Origin: an uncultured Actinomycetota bacterium
GTDB taxonomy: Bacteria; Actinomycetota; Actinomycetes; JAHEKZ01
Assembly (NCBI GenBank): GCA_963718235.1
Contig: CAVQYR010000001.1
Coordinates: 480,001-544,000, forward strand
Length of the DNA: 64,000 nucleotides
Direction of reading: 5' to 3'
Positions 29,545 to 40,544 of the stretch are shown one piece after another. The notes under the pieces are model-generated. The model was not told the DNA's origin, did not search any database, and saw nothing but the letters and a program-made list of their open reading frames with translations. The translations under genes were made by a program, and so were the position numbers. Position 1 is the stretch's first letter; each line of letters starts with the position of its first letter.

Positions 29545-31094
29545 ATGGACCAGCTCAAGCCCGCACCCGAAGAGACCGCTGGTACCGCCCTGCGCAAGGG
29601 CAGGCTCGGCGTTGCCGGCGTCGTCTTCTTCGTCGTCGCAGCGGCCGCTCCCCTGGTGGGCATGACCGGTGCGGTGCCGGTGGCCATCGTGCTCGGCAAC
29701 GGGGCTGCAGTTCCCGGCGCCTACGTCGCAGTCGGCATCACGCTGCTGCTGTTCAGCGTCGGCTACGCCGCGATGAGCCACCGGGTGACCAACACCGGTG
29801 CCTTCTTCGCCTACGTGGGTCGGGGTCTGGGCATCGGCCCCGGCGTGGGAAGCGCCTTCGTGTCGCTCGTGGCGTACTTGGCCGTCCAGCTGGCGATCTT
29901 TGGCTTCTTCGGCGCGGTCGCCTCCGCGGAGCTTGCCGACAAGATCAGCATCGACTGGCCCTGGTACGTGGTGGAGCCTGATCGCGTGGGCTCTCGTGAC
30001 CGCACTCTCGCTCTTCAGCGTCGATGTCGGCGCCAAGGTGCTCGGGGTCTTCATGACTTTGGAGGTGCTGTCACTGTTCATCATGGCGCTCGCTGTCCTC
30101 TTTACCGGCGGCGGCCCCGACGGGTTCGATCTCAACGCCTCCTTCGCCCCTAACAACGTTCTCGTGGGCGGGCTTGGCGGGACCGCGGGCATTGCGCTGG
30201 CTTTTGCTTTCGCCTCCTACATCGGATTCGAGGCCACCGCGATCTACGGTGAGGAGTCCAAGGACCCGAAGCGGACTGTCCCGAGAGCCACGTACATCGC
30301 GGTCATCCTGATCACGGTCCTGTTCGGCCTTTCGACCTTCGCGATCGTCACGGCGCTCGGCTCGAAGGACGTCGTGAACCAGGTCGTGGCGACTAGCTGG
30401 AGACGACTTGGGCAACCCGGCCAACGTCGTGTTCACCGTGGCCGAGCAGAGCGTCGGCGACTGGCTCGGGAGCTGGGCCGGGTCGTTGGTCTCGAACACC
30501 ATGGAGTGGCTGGTCCTGAGCAGTCTGTTCGCCGGGCTCCTGGCTTTTCAGAATTCGGCAGCTCGCTACTTCTTCTCCATGGGCCGGGCCGGCGTCCTGC
30601 CCACCGCGTTGGACCGGGTGAACAAGTGGGGAGCGCCGCAGGTGGCCACTCTCACGACCTCGGTGATTTCCCTTGCGGTGATCGTCACCTTCTGGCTGAC
30701 CGACAAGGACCCCGTCACCAACCTGTTCTTCTGGTTCAGCGGGCTGGCGGTGCTGGCCATCGTGCTCGTCGAGATCCTCGTCAGCATCGCCGTCATCGCC
30801 TACTTCACCCGGACCAAGGAGGACAAGCGGGTCTGGAACACGATCATCGCGCCCGTTCTTGCGATCATCGGGCTCGCGGTAGGGATGTATCTGCTGATGT
30901 CCCGCTTTGGGCTGCTCGGCGGCTCCGACACGATCCAGAGCACAGTGGACCCAACGACGCAGGCCTGGGGGCTGAGCGCCCTTGGCTGGACGCTCGTCCT
31001 GCTGCCGTTCGCTATGTTCTTGATCGGCTGGGTGATCGGTCTGCTGCGCAAGTCCGAGGAGAACGAGGACGCCGTCAAGGACCTCGTCACCTGA
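29545..31094 (+). CDS. APC family amino acid/amine permease; frameshifts near 29968 and 30400
   Basis: FFVVAAAAPL, GAFFAYV, FASYIGFEATAIYGEE, ARYFFSMGRAGVLP across three consecutive frames. Confidence 0.85.
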
Positions 31095-31632
31095 GTGGTG
31101 CGGGTGCGCTCTTCGCGTACACGACTGCGTCGAACGTCACGCCGTCTTCCTCCAGCGCGGCCCGGTGGTCGAAGGTCATTCCAAGGCGGGTCATCACGGC
31201 GATGCTCCGAGCATTCGGTGCATCGGTGACCGAGATGACTCGGGGGTACTGCTTGACGGTGAAGCCGTAGTCGAGCCAGGCCCGCGCCGCCTCGGTGGCG
31301 TAGCCGTGACCCCAGTGCTCGCGGGCCAGTCGCCAGCCGATCTCGATGTCGTCGGGGTACCACTCGAGGTGGTGCAGGCCGCACATGCCCAGGAACCGCT
31401 GGTCATGCGTGCGCTCGACCGCGAGCAGCCCGATCGACTCGTGGGAGTGCAGCTCGTTGGCCCACTTCGCTATCTCGTCCGAGTACTCCCGGGTCAGGGG
31501 CTGTCCACCCAGGTACTCCACGACCTCCGGGTCGGCGTTCAGGGCGGCGTACAGCGGGAGGTCGTCGCGACGGAATGTGCGCAGGGTCAGGCGTGACGTC
31601 GTCAGCACGGTCTCACCGGACCACTCCATCAT
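31087..31632 (-). CDS. GNAT N-acetyltransferase (RimJ/RimL-like)
   Basis: TSRLTLR, EIGWRLAREHWGHGYATEAA, NARSIAVMTRLGM. Confidence 0.9.
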   Translation of the reverse strand: MMEWSGETVLTTSRLTLRTFRRDDLPLYAALNADPEVVEYLGGQPLTREYSDEIAKWANELHSHESIGLLAVERTHDQRFLGMCGLHHLEWYPDDIEIGWRLAREHWGHGYATEAARAWLDYGFTVKQYPRVISVTDAPNARSIAVMTRLGMTFDHRAALEEDGVTFDAVVYAKSAPAPLR

Positions 31633-31689
31633 GAAGTCGTACCACGGTCTGCCGGTACCGGTCGATGAGGTTGTCCCAGGAGCAAGCCC

Positions 31690-32970
31690 TCAGGCGGAGA
31701 AGTCCAGCGACTGGTCGTCCACGGCGACCACGGTCCGCTGCATCCCGTCGGTGTCGGTCAACGCGTAGGCGGGGATGAGGACGGCCGAGCCGTCGGGCTG
31801 GGTGTAGAGGGCGAGCCCGAGCCGAGCCCGGGTGATCGTCACCTGCTGGACCGGCCAGCCGAAGTCGTCGCCTGCCCGCACGGTCGGCGGGAGCTTTGGG
31901 CTCGCCACGCCCGTGGCGGCACCGTCGGAGGCGCTGCCGCCACCCGACAGGGTCGAGACGGGACGGTCGGCTGCTGCAGCGATGCCCATCGGCATCGGAC
32001 CACCGAAGAAGCCGAACCCGTACCTGGGGTCGGACAGCCGGTCAACAGCCTGGGCCGGGCTCACGACGTCGTAGGCCCCGAGGGGTACGAGCGGCGCCAG
32101 CCCGCCGTACAGCGCCTGGACCTGCCGGCCGACGAGGGTGACACTCCACACCGCGTCGGTGCGCTGCCCGTCGACCACGGGGAAGGCAGCGACGTACGCA
32201 GCGCGCGGTGTCCCGTAGTCGCCGACCTCGAACTCCATGGAGGAGACGTCGATGCCGAGCGACGTCAGCACATCTTTGACCGCGTCGATGGCTGCGTCAC
32301 CGGACGGCGCATCGAGTCCCTTGGGTCCGCAGTCCGGGGCGGGGGCGGGCACCGGGTCTACCGAGCCGCCGGACCCGGAGTCTCCCGGTTGGTCGCCTTC
32401 CGCAGCAGCAACTGCGCATCCGTACGGGTCGAGCGTCGGGTTCCAGAAGCTGAGCGAGGCAAGGCCGTCCGGCGCCAGCTGCAGGGTCGGTCCCGAGCCG
32501 TCGTTGGGTCCGACGGTCCAGACGCCGTCCGCCAGTCTGGGCTCCTGGTCGAGACCGAGCGCAGACGCTGCGTCGGCAGCTGTGCGCCGGGAGAACGCCT
32601 GGCTCGGGTCGTACGCCCAGGCGGTTGCGGTGTCGGGGTCGTCGGACAAGCCTGACGAGGTGAAGACGAGGCGCCCGTAGCCGTACGGCATGACGTCGAC
32701 ACCGATGCGGCTACCGATGGACGGAGCCGGCTCCTCGGCCCCGGTCGTCGTCGGACGGCCGAGCTGCATGCCTACCGATGCGCTGCCCGACCACGAGATC
32801 GCGGACGCAGCCGCCTTGTGGGTGTCACCCGATCGGCCGAATGCGTAGCCGGTCGTGCCGGCGACGACAACTCCGACCGACAGTGCCGCGACCCCGATCC
32901 ACCAGGCAGGAGCAGCCCGACCCGGCTTCGCGCTCGGGTGGTCTGACGTCAACATCTCGTGCTCGGTCAT
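31690..32970 (-). CDS. Hypothetical membrane-anchored/exported protein
   Basis: GGAGG RBS before ATG 32970; one N-terminal TM helix; long ORF with GC-type codon use. Confidence 0.6.
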   Translation of the reverse strand: MTEHEMLTSDHPSAKPGRAAPAWWIGVAALSVGVVVAGTTGYAFGRSGDTHKAAASAISWSGSASVGMQLGRPTTTGAEEPAPSIGSRIGVDVMPYGYGRLVFTSSGLSDDPDTATAWAYDPSQAFSRRTAADAASALGLDQEPRLADGVWTVGPNDGSGPTLQLAPDGLASLSFWNPTLDPYGCAVAAAEGDQPGDSGSGGSVDPVPAPAPDCGPKGLDAPSGDAAIDAVKDVLTSLGIDVSSMEFEVGDYGTPRAAYVAAFPVVDGQRTDAVWSVTLVGRQVQALYGGLAPLVPLGAYDVVSPAQAVDRLSDPRYGFGFFGGPMPMGIAAAADRPVSTLSGGGSASDGAATGVASPKLPPTVRAGDDFGWPVQQVTITRARLGLALYTQPDGSAVLIPAYALTDTDGMQRTVVAVDDQSLDFSA

Positions 32971-33067
32971 GGCGACCTCCGCCGTCGGTGTCTCGTGCAC
33001 CAACAGACGGGGCGGCGAGCGCCCCGGTTCCGTGAACCCACTCGCCGATCTCCGGGCGGTAGCGTTC

Positions 33068-33898
33068 ATGTCGGTCCAACCCTTCCTGCAGGCCCCGACC
33101 CAGCGAGGTGACGTGCCCGGTTCCGTCGTGACCGTGGGTGAGGTGGGCCCGACCGGCACTCCCGCGCCTGGAGGCGCGAGGGTCGCCGTCCTCGCCTCGC
33201 TCAACCTCCCGGACCAGGACGAGCACCTGGCGGCTCTCATCCGTCAGCTGACCCGCACCGCGTTCAAGACACTCGTTGACGTGGGGGCCGATCCATGGCT
33301 GGTCGACCTCACGGCTCGTACCCGCGCCGGGTTGACCGAGCTGGGAGAGGCGGACGCGCTCGTCCTCCTCGGGGGTGGCGACATGGACCCCTCCCTGTAC
33401 GGCTACGAGGGGGAGGTCGCGAACGAGTACGGCGTCGACCGCGATGCCGACGAGTACTCGATGGCTGCCGTCCGACAGGCTCTCGTGGCCGACCAGCCCC
33501 TTCTGGCGATCTGCCGAGGCGTGCAGGTCCTCAATGTCGCGTGCGGCGGCACGCTGCACCCCGACCTCGCGGACTGGTCCTTGCATCGGGGTGCCAGCCA
33601 CGACGCCCTGTTCGTCGACGAGCACGTCACGATCGACCCGCAGTCACGGCTGGCGTCGTGGGCCGGCTCGACCGACCTCGTCGTACGAACCGGTCACCAT
33701 CAGGCGGTGGACCGGGTCGCTGACGAGCTGGTTGCCGTGGGCTGGGCCGACGACGGCCTGGTGGAGGCGGTCGAGCATCCGACGAGTCGGGCGGTGGGCG
33801 TGCAGTGGCACCCCGAGCAGGAGTCCGCGTCGCACGCCGACCGGCATCGGCTCTTCGCAGCCTTCGTCAACCAGACTGGCTCTGCACTCTCCGCCTGA
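33068..33898 (+). CDS. Second PuuD/peptidase C26-like gamma-glutamyl hydrolase (start uncertain)
   Basis: LLGGGDMDP, LAICRGVQVLNV, GHHQAV, GVQWHPE. Confidence 0.83.
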   Translation: MSVQPFLQAPTQRGDVPGSVVTVGEVGPTGTPAPGGARVAVLASLNLPDQDEHLAALIRQLTRTAFKTLVDVGADPWLVDLTARTRAGLTELGEADALVLLGGGDMDPSLYGYEGEVANEYGVDRDADEYSMAAVRQALVADQPLLAICRGVQVLNVACGGTLHPDLADWSLHRGASHDALFVDEHVTIDPQSRLASWAGSTDLVVRTGHHQAVDRVADELVAVGWADDGLVEAVEHPTSRAVGVQWHPEQESASHADRHRLFAAFVNQTGSALSA

Positions 33899-34517
33899 GT
33901 CCCCGGATCATGCTCGTCGCCATGACGAAGTCCGCTGGAACGATCAGTACGACATAACCGGCGTTGATCCACCAGGGTTGCGTGCGGCCCCGGGTGCGGA
34001 GCAGGAATCTCGTGCCCGAACCCTCCGGCTCCAACACGAAGGTCCATGCCCATTCCAGCCGAGCGCCGAAGCGGTCTCGCCACGAAGCCGGAAAGTGCGT
34101 CGTCGAATGCAGGACGAGCAGGTGAGGTGCCTCGGCGCATCGGACGACGAACTCGGCGGTCCCGGGTGGCCCATCGGGGATGGTGTCACCTACCACGAGG
34201 TCTCGCATCAGCTCGGGTCTGAGGTCGTCGGCGCTGGCCCAGTTCGCCGGGAACAGCAGTGCGTCGACCCAGCGCGCGGTGTACCAGCCGCCACGGTGCC
34301 ATCCAGTCTGGGTCAGCCATGGCCAGACCTGCTCGGGCGGCGCCGGCAGCGACCCGGCGTGGTTCGTCACCACGGTGGGTCGAGTGACCAGTCCGTCACT
34401 GACGAGCTGTCGGCGACGTTCGTCTCGGCGAGTTCCGGAGGTGCGGCCTAGCCACTGCATCGCTGCGTATGCCGTCCCAGCAGCGAGGACTGCAACGAAC
34501 TCTGTCCGAGTTCTCAT
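33867..34517 (-). CDS. Conserved hypothetical protein (SRPBCC-like)
   Basis: APPEQVWPWLTQ.G..RGGWY, WTFVLEP..GTR. Confidence 0.6.
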   Translation of the reverse strand: MRTRTEFVAVLAAGTAYAAMQWLGRTSGTRRDERRRQLVSDGLVTRPTVVTNHAGSLPAPPEQVWPWLTQTGWHRGGWYTARWVDALLFPANWASADDLRPELMRDLVVGDTIPDGPPGTAEFVVRCAEAPHLLVLHSTTHFPASWRDRFGARLEWAWTFVLEPEGSGTRFLLRTRGRTQPWWINAGYVVLIVPADFVMATSMIRGLRRRVQSQSG

Positions 34518-34561
34518 GGGTGGCTCTCACTGGCTCGCCGTTACCTGTTCAGCACCGTACC

Positions 34562-36205
<1,644 letters not shown>

Positions 36206-36249
36206 CCTGCACACGTTCGGGGGGCCGGCGATTGACGCGAGGAGCCGAC

Positions 36250-36903
36250 GTGACTGCCCAACAGCCGATCGAAGTCCGTGACATGGCGATCGTCCACCGC
36301 ACGTTCCGGGCTGCGTACGACGAAGCCGCCCGGCTGGTCGAGGCCGAGACCGATCCGACCCCGGAGCGCGTGGCGTTCCTCGCCGACCACATCGAGATGA
36401 CCCTCGACCTGCTGCACCACCACCACGAGGGCGAGGACGAGCTGTTGTGGCCCCTGCTGCTCGAACGGGTGCCCGAGCAGGCCGAGATGGTCCAGCACGT
36501 GGCCGACCAGCATGACGATGTCGCAGCCGCCGTCGAGCACGCCAGGATCGCGGTGTCGACCTGGCGGGTGAGCCCTCAGGCCGCTGAACGGGAGGCCCTC
36601 GCGGCGTCGCTTCGCGGGCTGAACGGCGTCCTGCAGACGCATCTGGACGCGGAGGAGCAGCAGGTCGTCCCACTGGCTGCAGTGACGCTGACCCAGGAGG
36701 AATGGAACGCCATCGGCGCGCACTCGAGGGGGTCCATCCCGAAGGACAAGCTCTTCATCGCGTTCGGCATGCTGCTCGAACCGCTGTCCGACGCCGACCG
36801 CGCCTACATGCTGTCGGAGGTGCCAGCGCCAGTGAAGCTGGTCTGGAGGACGTTGGGTCAACGGTCCTGGCGTTCCTACGCCCGGCGCCTACGGCCGGCC
36901 TGA
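36250..36903 (+). CDS. Hemerythrin-like (HHE) domain protein
   Basis: MAIVHRTFR, LHHHHEGEDELLWP, QH, HLDAEE; GAGGAG RBS. Confidence 0.85.
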   Translation: MTAQQPIEVRDMAIVHRTFRAAYDEAARLVEAETDPTPERVAFLADHIEMTLDLLHHHHEGEDELLWPLLLERVPEQAEMVQHVADQHDDVAAAVEHARIAVSTWRVSPQAAEREALAASLRGLNGVLQTHLDAEEQQVVPLAAVTLTQEEWNAIGAHSRGSIPKDKLFIAFGMLLEPLSDADRAYMLSEVPAPVKLVWRTLGQRSWRSYARRLRPA

Positions 36904-36967
36904 CGCGCGGCTCGCACAACCTCGCGGCGCGTCGTTGCACGCGAACTGCGACGCCTCTGCCCAGAAT

Positions 36968-37128
36968 GTGACGAGGCCCCTCCAACCAAGAGATGGAGGG
37001 GCCTCGCCCGATCCGACCGAAGTCGGACCGGCCGCCGGTTCGCTCTCCCGCCCCCCGGTCCTGAAGTTGCCCTCTGGTCCAGGTGGTCCGGAAGTTGCCC
37101 TCCGGCCGGGTGCGCCTCGCGGCGACGT
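36968..37128 (-). ncRNA. Candidate structured small RNA (~160 nt), family not recognised
   Basis: Minus strand: TTGCGG-N17-TAGAAC(T) promoter-like element; hairpins with GCGA, GCAA, GCAA and UUCG tetraloops; terminator stem; no credible ORF. Confidence 0.6.
36972..37006. terminator. Strong stem-loop, probable (bidirectional) terminator
   Basis: CGAGGCCCCTCCA-N9-TGGAGGGGCCTCG, perfect 13-bp stem. Confidence 0.75.
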
Positions 37129-37189
37129 AGGAGAGTTCTAGTCGCTGGCTCGTGGGACCGCAAGGGGTTCACGCCAGGCTTTTCCAGGG

Positions 37190-37275
37190 ATTTCTCCACC
37201 CACAGGTCGGTCCACAGGCTCGTCCGCGTGTGTCCCCAGCCGGTCCCCAGTCCCGTCCACAGCTGCTGTGGACGA
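37190..37275. promoter_or_regulatory. Cluster of DnaA-box-like sequences
   Basis: TTCTCCACC, CGGTCCACA, GTGTCCCCA, CGGTCCCCA, CCGTCCACA and inverted TGTGGACGA versus TT(A/G)TCCACA. Confidence 0.4.
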
Positions 37276-37284
37276 CGGGGTGCT

Positions 37285-37321
37285 GTCGATCACCGACCGA
37301 CGTCGCCGGTCGGTGATCGAC
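37285..37321. repeat. Perfect 15-bp inverted repeat
   Basis: GTCGATCACCGACCG-ACGTCGC-CGGTCGGTGATCGAC. Confidence 0.8.
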
Positions 37322-37390
37322 TGACGGGCCGTCCCGGACCTTCTAGGGTGAGTACGAACGATCTGGGCAAGATCCCTCGTGGGGTGACTC

Positions 37391-38806
37391 GTGCGCCGAC
37401 TCGCCGTTGTCGGGTCGATGCTGGCCCTTCTCGCCGTGCTGGTGCTTCTTGCTTCGCTTCGCCCAACATCCCCCTCCAGAGAGGTGCTCGTCGGCAAGAC
37501 TGGTGCTGTGGAGCAACCGCGTGGACCGGCACCCGTGGATGCCAATGCCTCCCTAGCGGCCGGCCTCCTGCGTGCGGTGCGTGCCGCCGACTTCGCGTCG
37601 GTGGTGGACTACCAGTTCGACAAGGCCGGGGCGCCCGCTCCGCAGGTGTCCGCACCACCCAACGTCGACGTTGCCGTGATCCGGCTCGACCGCCATGGAC
37701 GACCGTCGGGGGCGGCGAACGTCGTGTACTCACGCGACTTTCCGCGCGGCCGGGTGGTGCGACTCGACGACAACCTGGCTGCGACCGGTATCGACTGGCG
37801 GGCGTGGGACTCCGCCCGGTCGGACGGCAACTGGAAGGCACGGTTCCCACCCGGCTCTTCGCTCGTCCCCGGCGTTGAGGGCAAGGTCTTCATGTCGCCC
37901 TACCCGGCGTCGACGTTCAAGCTGCTCGTGGCCTTCAACACCCTGCGGCTCGTAGACGACGGGACGATCTCCCTTCGCCGTACCGTGCGCTACGGCCCGC
38001 TGGGTGCGTCGACGTGCCCCGGGGGTCAGCCCACGATGGTTGCCACCACCCGAGAGCTGCTCGACCGCATGATCACCTACTCGGACAACACCTCCGCGTG
38101 TGTGCTGCTCGAGCAGATCGCCGACCTGCACGAGAACCAGGCGCTGAATCGCGGCTTCCGGGCGCTCGGCCTGCCGACCCTGCAGGTCACCGGGATCGAT
38201 GGGGCGAGCGGAGGGATGTGGAGCCCCGGCAAGATCACCATGACGGCCATGGACACCGCCCGGTTGCTTCTGCTCGTCGAGGGAGCGAGGGGCACGTTGT
38301 GGACCGATCCTTCGGGTGATCCCGTGCGGGCGTCTGCGGTCCTCAGCCGCCGGTCGAGGAGTCTGCTGAAGTCGATGCTGGCCCAGCAGGGCTTTCACAA
38401 GGTTCTGTCGACGACCAACTGGTGTGGTGCTTCCTACCCCCAACCGGGGATCCCCGCTCGGATGCCTCGACGCTGGATCGATCCGGCCGACGGAACCGTG
38501 ACCGTCGCCGGCTTCTCCTTCGGCCGAGACGTGCGTCCGTGCAATGACGAAGCCGAGGTGACCTTCGCCCACAAGACCGGCCTGACGTACGACTTCGTGT
38601 CCGACGCAGGGATCGTCGAGGCGCTCCCGGGTCAGGACGGGCGCCGCTACATCGTGGCGGTCTTCGCCAACTTGGGCTCTCGATTCGGCGATCCCCGCCG
38701 AGCCTCATCGTCGAAGACTCCGTGTCGCACCCCTGGTATGTGTTCCACGGAGAAGATGGGCATCCTCGGCCGAGCCATTGACGACCTGATGCGACGCGAT
38801 GCCTGA
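37391..38806 (+). CDS. Exported serine hydrolase, class A beta-lactamase-like fold
   Basis: N-terminal TM/signal; PASTFK (SxxK), SDN, HKTG. Confidence 0.8.
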   Translation: MRRLAVVGSMLALLAVLVLLASLRPTSPSREVLVGKTGAVEQPRGPAPVDANASLAAGLLRAVRAADFASVVDYQFDKAGAPAPQVSAPPNVDVAVIRLDRHGRPSGAANVVYSRDFPRGRVVRLDDNLAATGIDWRAWDSARSDGNWKARFPPGSSLVPGVEGKVFMSPYPASTFKLLVAFNTLRLVDDGTISLRRTVRYGPLGASTCPGGQPTMVATTRELLDRMITYSDNTSACVLLEQIADLHENQALNRGFRALGLPTLQVTGIDGASGGMWSPGKITMTAMDTARLLLLVEGARGTLWTDPSGDPVRASAVLSRRSRSLLKSMLAQQGFHKVLSTTNWCGASYPQPGIPARMPRRWIDPADGTVTVAGFSFGRDVRPCNDEAEVTFAHKTGLTYDFVSDAGIVEALPGQDGRRYIVAVFANLGSRFGDPRRASSSKTPCRTPGMCSTEKMGILGRAIDDLMRRDA

Positions 38807-38833
38807 ACGCACGGCAGCCGATGGCTCGACCCG

Positions 38834-39430
38834 ATGACCCGGGTCGCGTGGTGGGGGGCTGTGTCATCGGTCGCTGCACCGGTGCTGCTGGTCGGAGGCT
38901 GGACGATTGCGGCCGCGCGACAGGAGCCGCCCTTCGACCCGGTGACGGGGACCATCAGTGCGCTGGCCGCGCGCGGGGCCGACGACCGGTGGATCATGAC
39001 CGGGGCGCTGCTGGGCGTCGGGCTCTGCCACGTGGCCACGGCGGCGGCACTCCGACCGGCCCGTCGACCAGGTCGGTGGATCCTGGCGGTCGGAGGCCTG
39101 GCCACGGTCGGCGTCGCCCTGATCCCGCTGCCCGCTGACGACGGCTACTCGGTGGGGCACGCGGTGTCGGCGACTACGGCGTTCGTGGCTCTCGCAGCGT
39201 GGCCGGCCCTGTCGAGCCGCCGCGGCGCCGAGGTGCCCTGGGGGCTTCGGCCACTGGTCGCTCGCGTCGCGGCCCTCGTCCTGCTGGCCGCGGTCGCCTG
39301 GTTCTTCGTGACAGCCGTCACGGGCGCCGCGGGCGTCGGACGGGCCGAGCGGGTGGCGGCCGCAGCACAGTCCGTGTGGCCCGCGGTGGTGGTCGGGTCG
39401 GCGCTGGCGAGTACTCGCGCTCGGAGTTGA
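38834..39430 (+). CDS. DUF998-like membrane protein
   Basis: FDPVTGTISALAA, H in TM helix, GRAERV; about five TM segments. Confidence 0.7.
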   Translation: MTRVAWWGAVSSVAAPVLLVGGWTIAAARQEPPFDPVTGTISALAARGADDRWIMTGALLGVGLCHVATAAALRPARRPGRWILAVGGLATVGVALIPLPADDGYSVGHAVSATTAFVALAAWPALSSRRGAEVPWGLRPLVARVAALVLLAAVAWFFVTAVTGAAGVGRAERVAAAAQSVWPAVVVGSALASTRARS

Positions 39431-39439
39431 GCGTCGGGC

Positions 39440-40544
39440 TCAGGCCCGTGGGCGTCGCTTCTGCGGGTCGTACAGCGCCAGCTCGTCGACGACGGCACCG
39501 ACGGCGGTGCCGTCGATGTCGACGCTCAGCCGGGTGCCGTTGGAGGCGACGTCGCGCAGGAGCACCGCCAGGCCGATCGTGCCGAGGCGCGGGCTGACGG
39601 TCGGACTGGTGAGCGTTCCGACGACCTCACCGCCGAGGGTGACCTCACTGCCGTACTCAGGGGCCCGGTCGCCGTCGATGCGCAGGGTCTTGAACCGGTG
39701 CTTCGGGGAGTTGGCGGCCGACACGAGCGCTTCGCGGCCGAGGAAGTCGGCGCCGGAGGCCAGGGCGACCACGCCGTCGAGGCCGACGATCGAAAGGCGA
39801 TCGATCTCCTGCGTGGTAGTCGTAGTCGTGCACGATGAGTCCGGCTTCGACGCGCGCGATCTCCACCCCGCTGAACCCGATGGGACGCACGCCGGCTTCG
39901 GCCAGCGCAAGCCAAAGCGGCTCGGCGTCGTCGCGATCGGCGATGAGCTCGAACCCGAGCTCACCGGAGAAGCCGGTGCGCGACAGCCACACGGGGAAGC
40001 CGGCGACCTCGACCCGCTCGGTGAGGAAGCGGAAGTAGCGCAACGTCGACAGGTCGAAAGCGGTCAGCGACTGCAGCAGCTCGCGCGACTGCTGGCCCTG
40101 CACCGAGATGAGCGGCATCTCCTGGGTGCGGTTCGTGATCGTCAGCGTGGCATCGGGGCTGTGCTGTCGAAGGTGCTCGCCGAAGCCACCGCTGTTGGTG
40201 AAGACGAAGTAGCGTTCGGCGGCCAGGCGATAGACGGTCCCCTCGTCGAGCAGGAGCCCGTCGGCATCGGTGAACGCCCCGTAGCGCACCTGGCCGTCGA
40301 CCATGGAACCGACGTCGTTGGTGAACACCCGCTGGATCGCGCTGGCGGCGTCGGCACCATCGACCGTCCACTTGACCAGTGCGTAGACGTCCCACATGCC
40401 GGCGCCGGTGCGGATGGCCTCGTACTCGGCCAACGGGTCGCCGAGGTCCATCGTCCAGATGGCGCCGTCGAAGTCCTCGAAATGCGCGCCCTGCCTGGCC
40501 TGGACGTCGTAGAGGACCGACCGAACGGCCTCGCCGCTACTCAC
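39440..40544 (-). CDS. GcvT/aminomethyltransferase-family folate-binding protein; frameshift near 39800
   Basis: EYEAIRTGAGMWDV, LISVQG, SRTGFSGELGFE, ARVEAGL; C-terminal DFLGREAL, VGTLTS, LYDPQKRRPR. Confidence 0.85.

Noticed and set aside
12317-31094. Secondary-metabolite biosynthetic cluster
   Set aside because: No PKS/NRPS/RiPP/terpene core; the ring-cleavage enzymes, importer and MarR repression point to catabolism.
37391-38806. Functional class A beta-lactamase
   Set aside because: It has SxxK/SDN/KTG, but it is much longer than class A enzymes, with insertions and no recognisable omega-loop ExxLN; called only a serine hydrolase.
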